A DNA stretch of 41,897 nt from an uncultured Candidatus Saccharibacteria bacterium (GTDB lineage: Bacteria; Patescibacteriota; Saccharimonadia; Saccharimonadales; UBA4665). The DNA is taken from NCBI GenBank assembly GCA_964622365.1, contig CAZUPM010000002.1:1-41897 (forward strand), read 5' to 3'. Of this stretch, positions 1-6,905 are shown piece after piece. Both the position numbers and the translations under genes were made by a program. The notes under the pieces were generated by a model that made no database searches, was not told where the DNA came from, and saw nothing but the letters and a program-made list of their open reading frames with translations. How positions within the stretch are numbered: the stretch's first letter is position 1; every line of letters starts with the position of its first letter.

Positions 1-987
1 GGTAATGTGGCGCATCACGAAATAGAGCGTAATGAAAAAGAAAACGCGGACTATACTTGGGGTGCCGACGGCGATATGAACAGAGCTGCGGCAGAGAGCG
101 ATAACGAAGCCGAGCTGCGGGCTAGACTGCACGAAATTGATCCCAAACGTTTTCAGGGTCTCGCGTTGGACGAAGCCGTATCGCGCATACAACGCATGCG
201 AAGAGGCATGGGAGCAGAGGCTTTTCGCCAAATGACTACCCTGCACGCCTTAGCCGCAGGCAATACTTACTTAGATCATACAGATGCTAACGGCGTTTTT
301 CATAGTGGCACTGCCGAGGCTTGGGAGGCGGTCGCTAAAGCCGCCGGCAATGATGATGCTGCTCTCGGTGCCTTGACGGGTCAAGCTAGAACCTTATTAA
401 TGCAAGCTGGTCACGTTGACCAAGGGGGCGCATCGTATGGCGTCTCACTAGCAGCAGCTAGTAGGATGCGTGACGAGTTGCGTAAAACAGGAACTGTATC
501 GGATGCTACGAAAGCTTCTGTCGCAAGATCAATACATCGTAGCGCAATTGAGTCTAGTGAGGTTGGCCAAGCAATCAGGGGCAAGCCTTCAAGCGCAGAG
601 CACCTTGCTCAAGCTCACGCCGATCGGATTCAAGAAATAGTTGACGGTATACAGGCAGGTACTCATACTCAACGTGATTTGGATATAGCCTACGCCGACG
701 TTATGGGCCTACACGATGCTATGTCGGCAGCGTCTCCGCAAAATGGACGAGCTTTTGCCGATGCGCTAATGAACGCCCAGGTGGTGGATCATGTCAATGG
801 TGGCCAGATGAGTGTTTATGATCTTGCTACAGATGAAACAACAGTCACCAATCCCGGATACGCACAAAGAAGGCGAGACTATTCCAGCGGCTATCAGGCC
901 GAGGCGGCTCGGGCGGCCCAGGCGGCGGCAGCTGGAGCAGCCCCACCTCCTCCAGGCGGCGGAGCTGGTAGTGCTCCAGCTGCCTGA
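1..987 (+). CDS. 3' portion of a hypothetical protein, open to the window edge, with an Ala/Pro/Gly-rich tail
   Basis: Frame 1 is open from nt 1 (GNVAHHEIE...) to the TGA at 985-987. I recognise no family motif. The C-terminus reads ...AAAGAAPPPPGGGAGSAPAA. Confidence 0.5.
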   Translation, partial: GNVAHHEIERNEKENADYTWGADGDMNRAAAESDNEAELRARLHEIDPKRFQGLALDEAVSRIQRMRRGMGAEAFRQMTTLHALAAGNTYLDHTDANGVFHSGTAEAWEAVAKAAGNDDAALGALTGQARTLLMQAGHVDQGGASYGVSLAAASRMRDELRKTGTVSDATKASVARSIHRSAIESSEVGQAIRGKPSSAEHLAQAHADRIQEIVDGIQAGTHTQRDLDIAYADVMGLHDAMSAASPQNGRAFADALMNAQVVDHVNGGQMSVYDLATDETTVTNPGYAQRRRDYSSGYQAEAARAAQAAAAGAAPPPPGGGAGSAPAA

Positions 988-1246
988 GCTTAATTACTAG
1001 CTCGACAATATGCTCGGGTACTGCTTTTGGTGAAGTCAGTGGTCTTGAGCTAGTTGTCGGTATCCGCCAGGTGCAGGCAGCCAGCCGAAACGTATTCCTG
1101 CTGGTACGGCTCGGGCGGTTGTCGTTGGTCAGTTGAACGTGCTCGTTCAGCTTGTCCCACTTCCGTTTCCACTGGTAGATTGTGGGACGAGATACGCCAC
1201 ATTTGTTTGCCACTACCTGAACTGGTAGAGCTTCAGGAACCAGCAA
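974..1246 (-). pseudogene. Truncated IS481-family-like transposase N-terminal (HTH) stub
   Basis: The ORF 845..1246(-) begins with the HTH-like segment VANKCGVSRPTIYQWKRKW. It continues SSRPLTSPKAVPEHIVELVIKLRQLE, resembling the SRRPxxSP...VELIxxLR segment of IS481-type transposases. No DDE catalytic region follows, and the distal part of the ORF is merely antisense to the 1..987 gene. Confidence 0.5.
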
Positions 1247-1289
1247 TTGCGCTCGCTTTAGGCAAGTTAGGGTTGGTAGAATAGGCTAT

Positions 1290-1345
1290 GGTAGGCTCCT
1301 CTCTGTTAGTTGTAATGCACTTACAGTGTAGGACGCCTACCTTTT
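1290..1345 (+). terminator. Long imperfect hairpin followed by a T-run; possible terminator or insulator ahead of the T4SS-like operon
   Basis: GGTAGGC (1290-1296) pairs with GCCTACC (1335-1341). A nested TGTAA (1311-1315)/TTACA (1321-1325) stem lies inside, and TTTT follows at 1342-1345. Confidence 0.3.
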
Positions 1346-1378
1346 ATGTTGCAAAGGTGGTGAGTTAGCACGCAGACT

Positions 1379-1407
1379 TTGACAAAAAATTACAAATGTG
1401 GTATATT
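1379..1407 (+). promoter_or_regulatory. Near-consensus sigma70-type promoter
   Basis: TTGACA (1379-1384), an exact 17-nt spacer, then TATATT (1402-1407). The ATG at 1415 lies 7 nt after the -10 box and has no Shine-Dalgarno sequence. Confidence 0.6.
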
Positions 1408-1414
1408 CCTATAT

Positions 1415-2773
1415 ATGCCTGAGCCAGAAAATACAAACCCAGATCCAAGCATCGTCCCTAACTGGGAATTTGCTGACCACGGCGCGAATCCCGCCAACGA
1501 GCAAGGCCAGAATCAAGAAACCAATCCGCCTTTTATTAAAAGAATCGGTGATTTTGCTGTTAAATCTTCTGGGTTAGTTGGCCGGGGGGTTTGGGAAGCC
1601 ATAAAAACGACTGGACGGACGACGGCACGAGCTGCTGAGACGGCAGGTAGGAGCGCCGAACAAGCAACGCGTTATTTAGTAGAAGAGGGGCGCTTGGCAG
1701 TTTCTGGCATTATGCAAGCCGCCAGAGCAAGACGCCTACAGAAGGTTAATAAAAAAATCGATCATTTAACTAAGAGTTTAGGCGCGCATAGGGTAGCAGC
1801 CGCTATGACCTTAGTTGAAGGCAGGCCGGCGGCGGAAACCGAGGAAGATGAGCAAGATTGGGCCAGTAGAGGTGAGGCCATTGTGGAAGCTTACAGTAAT
1901 ACTTTTCGGCCGGTCACGCTTAGCCAACGTCAACAAGGTATAAGAGCAGAACGCCGATTGCGTAAAAATATGCATAGGGCTGTAAAAAACAGCAACTTGA
2001 AATTAAGCCACGAAAATATAGACAGCCATGACTTCACGGAGACATTAAGACAAGAACGACTAACAGGAAAAGAAAGAAGGCATGCTCGACACGCCCATCA
2101 CGAATACCACAAAAATGCCCGTAAAATCAGCCGGCCGCCTAGCGGTGGGACTTCGCTTTTTAGGCGCGCACCTGGTAACACCGGCAAGGTTACGCGCTCA
2201 GCGGCAGGCCAAGATATACCCGGTAGGATAATTAGGTGGCGATTAAAAAGGTGGCAAGATTTAGCTAACCTGGTTGGCGCGCCCAGAACGCATAGCGATG
2301 GATGGTACACAGCTCCTAGCCAACTTTACACGGGGCCGGCAGTAATGCCTGAGGGGCAGTTTGCTGCCGAATTAGAGCAGGCCAAAAATTATACTAGCCC
2401 CGAAGCATCTACTGCGACTCTGATTACAACGGAAACTGCGCAAGAAGAACCTCAAAAACGGAAGAGGGGGCGGGGGCTTACTAATCCGGAAAATGTCTTA
2501 AACCTTAAGCGTGGCATTAACCGCGAACTTGCAGAGTACTTACTAAACAACCCGGGCGTAACCAGCGACCATCTTAAATTAACGCAGGTTCAATCTTCTA
2601 TTGCCCAACGCCACTTAGAAGGTTATTTTGGATATACCATAAGGCAACTAGAAGATGGTAAGGTGCCGCAAAAAATACAGGACCAGGTGAACGACTTACT
2701 GGAGAAGCCACTGGAAGAACTAGAGCGATTGGCCGCCGAAAAGCAGAACAAGCGGTCGCGTAAAAAGTCCTAG
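1415..2773 (+). CDS. Hypothetical highly basic soluble protein, first gene of the T4SS-like operon
   Basis: The ORF 1379..2773 was trimmed to the ATG at 1415 (MPEPENT...) because the TTG at 1379 is the -35 box. The protein has Arg/Lys/His-rich tracts (RRHARHAHHEYHKNARK, KRKRGRG, KQNKRSRKKS), no hydrophobic helix and no motif I recognise. Confidence 0.7.
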   Translation: MPEPENTNPDPSIVPNWEFADHGANPANEQGQNQETNPPFIKRIGDFAVKSSGLVGRGVWEAIKTTGRTTARAAETAGRSAEQATRYLVEEGRLAVSGIMQAARARRLQKVNKKIDHLTKSLGAHRVAAAMTLVEGRPAAETEEDEQDWASRGEAIVEAYSNTFRPVTLSQRQQGIRAERRLRKNMHRAVKNSNLKLSHENIDSHDFTETLRQERLTGKERRHARHAHHEYHKNARKISRPPSGGTSLFRRAPGNTGKVTRSAAGQDIPGRIIRWRLKRWQDLANLVGAPRTHSDGWYTAPSQLYTGPAVMPEGQFAAELEQAKNYTSPEASTATLITTETAQEEPQKRKRGRGLTNPENVLNLKRGINRELAEYLLNNPGVTSDHLKLTQVQSSIAQRHLEGYFGYTIRQLEDGKVPQKIQDQVNDLLEKPLEELERLAAEKQNKRSRKKS

Positions 2774-2814
2774 CCCGAACAATACGCGCCCATCCCTTTA
2801 AGAATAAGCGCCAT

Positions 2815-2833
2815 TTGCTATAATTTATAGCAA
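2815..2833 (+). promoter_or_regulatory. Perfect 19-nt palindrome overlapping a TATAAT box and abutting the start codon
   Basis: TTGCTATAA-T-TTATAGCAA spans 2815-2833, TATAAT lies at 2819-2824 and the ATG is at 2834. Confidence 0.5.
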
Positions 2834-3964
2834 ATGGCAACATACAAAGTAATACAAGATATCGAGGCAGAGGACAAGCTGCTGGGGCCGTTGACGCTGC
2901 GTCAATTTATTTACGCTGGCATCACGGCCGTCTGTTTATATATGAGCTTTTTGGTAGTAACCAGAGGCGCCCCTTTTTTAATAATAGTTTTTTTGCCGGT
3001 GGCTCTGCTTTGCGGATTTTTTGCTTTTCCGTGGAAACAAGACCAACCAACGGAAGTCTGGGCGCTGGCCAAGGTCCGCTTTTTCTTTAAGCCGCACAAG
3101 CGTATTTGGAACCAAAGCGGTATTAAAGAGCTCGTTACGATCACCGCACCTAAAAAGGTGGTGGTAGATTACACCGATGGCCTTTCTCAGTCCCAAGTAA
3201 AAAGCCGCCTAAAGGCATTAGCCGACACCATAGACACGCGTGGGTGGGCAATTAAAAATGCCAACGTGAATTTATACAGCCACCCTCAGGCCGAGGCGCA
3301 GCAAGAAGCTAACTCCGACCGGCTTGTTGATCCTTCTGGCTTGCCTCAAGACGTACCGGCAATCGATGTCCAGGCCGCAGATGACATCTTGGACGAAAAA
3401 AGCAATCCTATAGCCCAGCATTTTGACCAAATGATCACCGCTGCCACGGCTACCCATCGTCAGCAGATTACTCAAACACTCAGGAATCAGGCCAACGCAG
3501 CTGCGGGCAATCAGTCGCCGACCGGTAACGCGCCGGCAGATCAAAACCAAGCCCAAAACGATTACTGGTTTATGAGCCAGCCGGGGCAGCAAAGTGCAAC
3601 TCCAAGTGGTTACGTAACATTCAACCCGGCGGTCGTGACGCCGGTAGACAACTACTACGAGCCGGCAGCCGAAACCGCCGAAGAGCAGGCCTTAGCTAAA
3701 AAATTACATGAACTACACGAGCAGCAAACTAAACCTTATAGCGGTTATTCCAACCTGCATACCATACAGCCGCTATCAGAGCGGGCTACAGCTAAAACAA
3801 CTTCGGCTAAAACCGCTAACGCTCCAGTGACACCGACACTTAATCCTGCTATAGTAGAACTTGCCAGCGACAACGACAAAGACGTCGCGACTCTTGCCCG
3901 GCTTGCCAACCAAAAAAAGCCGGCCAACAGTTCGCCGGATGAGGTCGTTATTTCGTTGCATTAA
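2834..3964 (+). CDS. PrgI/VirB3-like T4SS membrane protein with a long low-complexity C-terminal extension
   Basis: The N-terminus MATYKVIQDIEAEDKLLGPLTLRQFIY is followed by two adjacent hydrophobic helices (ITAVCLYMSFLVV, FLIIVFLPVALLCGFFAF). This layout matches PrgI-family/VirB3-like proteins as I recall them. The gene sits upstream of VirB4, as VirB3 genes usually do. Confidence 0.7.
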   Translation: MATYKVIQDIEAEDKLLGPLTLRQFIYAGITAVCLYMSFLVVTRGAPFLIIVFLPVALLCGFFAFPWKQDQPTEVWALAKVRFFFKPHKRIWNQSGIKELVTITAPKKVVVDYTDGLSQSQVKSRLKALADTIDTRGWAIKNANVNLYSHPQAEAQQEANSDRLVDPSGLPQDVPAIDVQAADDILDEKSNPIAQHFDQMITAATATHRQQITQTLRNQANAAAGNQSPTGNAPADQNQAQNDYWFMSQPGQQSATPSGYVTFNPAVVTPVDNYYEPAAETAEEQALAKKLHELHEQQTKPYSGYSNLHTIQPLSERATAKTTSAKTANAPVTPTLNPAIVELASDNDKDVATLARLANQKKPANSSPDEVVISLH

Positions 3965-3994
3965 TACTAAAATTCAAAATTCGGGTGGTCAATA

Positions 3995-4876
3995 ATGAAC
4001 CCAGCAGAGCCCAGCCAGCCGGCAACAGCAGTTTCCGTAGGCGGGACTAATCAGCAAGTAGCTAGTCCGGCGCAGCCTCAAGCTACAATATCGGCGCCTG
4101 TGGCAGGTGGAACAAGTCCAGCCACACGGCCCGCCATACAGCCCCATACAAATCCGAACAGCACGCAAAACGCCCTAGAAATAGCGGAAGTTCGTGACGG
4201 CTTAGTAATTATGAACGATGGCTCTTTTCGCTCCGCCGTGATGGTCAAGTCTATTAATTTTGACCTTATGAGCCCGCAGGAACAAGAGGGGGTCGAATAT
4301 AGCTATCAGGGCTTTTTGAACTCACTTTATTTTCCTGTGCAAATTTACATCCATTCGCAAAAGGTCGACCTGCAACCATACATAGATAAATTGTCCAAAA
4401 TCCGCAACGAGCACGATAACATGTTGTTAGCGATGCTGATGGACGATTATATAAATTTTATCGACCAAATTTCGCAGCAAACTAATATTATGGATAAGCA
4501 TTTTTATGTTGTCATACCTTTTTACCCGACCGTAGATGTACAGAAAACTTTATCCCAAAGCAAAAACTTCTTTTCCGGCGTGTTTACTATGTTTAATAAA
4601 AAAGATAAGCATGTTTCTATAAACGAAGCCGACCTCGAAAACGCCAAGACCGAATTGCGCAACAGGGTCCAGTCTGTGTTAAGTGCCCTGCAGCAATGTG
4701 GCGTCCAGGGGTTGCCGCTTGATACCCAGGAGTTGATTGAACTTTACTACGATACCTATAACCCGGACACCGCTACCCGACAGCAACTTAAAAGCTTTAA
4801 CGGTATGACGACTGAGATTATTACCAAGGGCCAGGGCACTGCTCCGCAGGCCCACCTGGAAGGTGGCTTGCAATGA
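3995..4876 (+). CDS. VirB4 N-terminal-domain-like protein lacking any ATPase domain
   Basis: After a Pro/Ala/Gln-rich leader, the region LEIAEVRDGLVIMNDGSFRSAVMVKSINFDLMSPQEQEGVEYSYQGFLNSLYFPVQIYIHS parallels the N-domain of the next gene (IAPSSIEFNAAYFRLGTRLARTYYVYGYPRQLYTGWISGLVNIDEVLDISMFIYP). There is no Walker A or B motif. A GGGTGG SD-like element lies 6 nt upstream of the ATG. Confidence 0.65.
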   Translation: MNPAEPSQPATAVSVGGTNQQVASPAQPQATISAPVAGGTSPATRPAIQPHTNPNSTQNALEIAEVRDGLVIMNDGSFRSAVMVKSINFDLMSPQEQEGVEYSYQGFLNSLYFPVQIYIHSQKVDLQPYIDKLSKIRNEHDNMLLAMLMDDYINFIDQISQQTNIMDKHFYVVIPFYPTVDVQKTLSQSKNFFSGVFTMFNKKDKHVSINEADLENAKTELRNRVQSVLSALQQCGVQGLPLDTQELIELYYDTYNPDTATRQQLKSFNGMTTEIITKGQGTAPQAHLEGGLQ

Positions 4877-4879
4877 GGC

Positions 4880-4938
4880 AAACTCCAAACTTAAAACTTC
4901 AAACTTCAAACAGTTCAGTGTTTGGTATTTGGCGTTTA
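4880..4938 (+). repeat. Heptamer tandem arrays (AAACTNN x5, then GNNTTTR x3) forming an imperfect hairpin
   Basis: The first array reads aaactcc aaactta aaacttc aaacttc aaacagt (4880-4914). The second reads gtgtttg gtatttg gcgttta (4918-4938). AAAC blocks can pair with GTTT blocks at 7-nt intervals. Confidence 0.85.
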
Positions 4939-4967
4939 AGCTCTACCTCCACAGGAGGCTTCCCCTG

Positions 4968-6899
4968 ATGCTCGGCAAGAAAAAGCAACCTATGGATCCG
5001 GTAGCGCTAGCTCAGGCCCAAAAAACGCGCGAAGACATGGAGGTAACGGCAGCCTTTCAAAAAGGCATTACCGCGCTGCGAGATTTTATTGCGCCCAGCT
5101 CTATAGAGTTTAACGCGGCGTATTTTCGGCTTGGGACACGTTTGGCGCGTACTTATTACGTTTATGGCTACCCTCGCCAGCTTTATACCGGTTGGATAAG
5201 CGGCTTGGTCAACATTGACGAAGTGCTGGATATTTCGATGTTTATTTATCCGGTTGAAAGCCAGGTGGTATTGGAAAACCTCCGCAAAAAAGTCACTCAG
5301 CTGGAGGCTGGCATACAACTTGATTCCGAAAAGGGCCGCGTGCGCGATCCGGGTAAACAAGCCGCCGTGCAGGATGCAGAGGAAATCCGTGACAAACTGC
5401 AGGTCGGCGAGGAACGGTTCTTTCGTTTCGGGCTTTACTTTACGGTTTATGGCAATAACCAGGACGAGCTCGACTTTATTTCGCACAAGATAGAATCAAT
5501 GCTAGGCCAGCAGCTGGTTTATTCCAAGCCTGCCAGTTCGCAGCAAGAGCAGGGCTTAAACAGCACTGTGCCGCAGTTTGACGACCAGCTACAAATCCGT
5601 CGCAATTTTTCAACCGGCGCTCTAAGCACCAGCTTTCCTTTCACAAGCGCGGATTTATCTGACGACAAGGGTGTCCTTTATGGCATTAACATGCATAACT
5701 CGGGCTTGGTGATATTCGATCGCTTTAGCCTGGAAAACGGCAACGCCGTGGTGTTCGCCAAATCTGGTGCCGGTAAAAGTTTTACCGTTAAACTCGAAGC
5801 CTTGCGCAGCCTGATGTTCGGTACGGAAATTTTGATAATCGACCCGGAGAATGAGTACGAACGCATGGCCGAAGCCGTTGGCGGCGCTTACTTACGATTG
5901 AGCCTTAGTTCAAACGCCCGCATTAATCCGTTTGATTTGCCTAAGGTCGTTGACCCCGAGGAAGCCGATAACGCCTTGCGTAGCAATCTAATAACTTTGC
6001 ACGGCCTTTTGCGCCTTATGATGGGCGGGGCGCAGTCACAGCTGCTTGGCGGCAATACCGCGTTAGTGCCCGCGCTAAATCCGGTTGAGGAATCGGACCT
6101 AGACGCCGCTTTGATCGAAACTTATGCCAAAGCCGGCATCACTAACGACCCGTTAACGCATACCGGCACGCCTCCCACTATTTCCGACCTTTACGAAACA
6201 CTGTTGCACATGGGCGGCACCGGGCCGCAACTGGCACAACGTTTGCGTAAATACACTTCCGGCACGTTTGCCGGAATTTTTAGCCAGCAGAGTAATATCG
6301 ATATAAACAATCCCTTGGTCGTCTTTAATGTTCGCGACCTAGAAGATGAGCTTAGGCCGGTGGCCATGTACATCGTGCTTAATTACATCTGGAACAAAAC
6401 TAAGGCCGACAGAAAACGGCGGATTTTAGTCGTGGATGAAGCCTGGCAGCTTATGAAGTATGAAGACAGCGCCAGTTTTTTGTTCAGCCTGGCCAAACGG
6501 GCCCGCAAATACAACCTGGGCATAACTACAATAACCCAAGACGTGGAAGATTTTATGGGTAGCCGGATGGGCCGGGCAATCGTGGCTAACGCTTCGATGC
6601 AGTTTTTGCTTAAACAGTCTACTTCGGCGGTTGACGTTTTGGCGGACGTGTTTAAGCTAACGAGCGAGGAGCGCAAACGCTTAAGCCAGTTCCCCGTTGG
6701 GCAGGGCCTGTTTTTTGCCGGCCCTAATCATGTGCATATCCAGGTTGTGGCCAGCCCGACAGAAACCGGTCTTATTACGACTAATCCAGAGCAAGTCAAG
6801 CAGCTGGAGCAAGCCGGGGAATTAAGTGGCTCACAGGGGACCATTGATTTAGAGAACCGTCTGGCGCCCGGCTCAGCCGGCCTGCCGGTTGGGCAGTAA
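4968..6899 (+). CDS. virB4: VirB4/TrbE/PrgJ-family T4SS ATPase
   Basis: Walker A is AKSGAGKSFTVK and Walker B is RILVVDEAWQLM, preceded by a VirB4-type N-domain. I chose the start at ATG 4968 (MLGKKKQP...), preceded by AGGAGG 9 nt upstream, rather than the GTG at 4863. Confidence 0.9.
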   Translation: MLGKKKQPMDPVALAQAQKTREDMEVTAAFQKGITALRDFIAPSSIEFNAAYFRLGTRLARTYYVYGYPRQLYTGWISGLVNIDEVLDISMFIYPVESQVVLENLRKKVTQLEAGIQLDSEKGRVRDPGKQAAVQDAEEIRDKLQVGEERFFRFGLYFTVYGNNQDELDFISHKIESMLGQQLVYSKPASSQQEQGLNSTVPQFDDQLQIRRNFSTGALSTSFPFTSADLSDDKGVLYGINMHNSGLVIFDRFSLENGNAVVFAKSGAGKSFTVKLEALRSLMFGTEILIIDPENEYERMAEAVGGAYLRLSLSSNARINPFDLPKVVDPEEADNALRSNLITLHGLLRLMMGGAQSQLLGGNTALVPALNPVEESDLDAALIETYAKAGITNDPLTHTGTPPTISDLYETLLHMGGTGPQLAQRLRKYTSGTFAGIFSQQSNIDINNPLVVFNVRDLEDELRPVAMYIVLNYIWNKTKADRKRRILVVDEAWQLMKYEDSASFLFSLAKRARKYNLGITTITQDVEDFMGSRMGRAIVANASMQFLLKQSTSAVDVLADVFKLTSEERKRLSQFPVGQGLFFAGPNHVHIQVVASPTETGLITTNPEQVKQLEQAGELSGSQGTIDLENRLAPGSAGLPVGQ

Positions 6900-6905
6900 T
6901 GTGCC

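Noticed and set aside
845-973. The distal part of the 133-aa minus-strand ORF (845..1246), which would make a longer transposase-like protein.
   Set aside because: Only the first ~90 codons look transposase-like. The remainder (…RRLEEVGLLQLPPPGPPEPPRPDS…) is the antisense reading of the GC- and Ala/Pro-rich 3' end of the plus-strand gene 1..987, so it is a shadow ORF.
4863-4967. GTG 4863 as the virB4 start, which would add 35 N-terminal residues and overlap the upstream gene.
   Set aside because: These residues would be translated from the heptamer repeat spacer (…NSKLKTSNFKQF…). ATG 4968 has a proper AGGAGG at suitable spacing.
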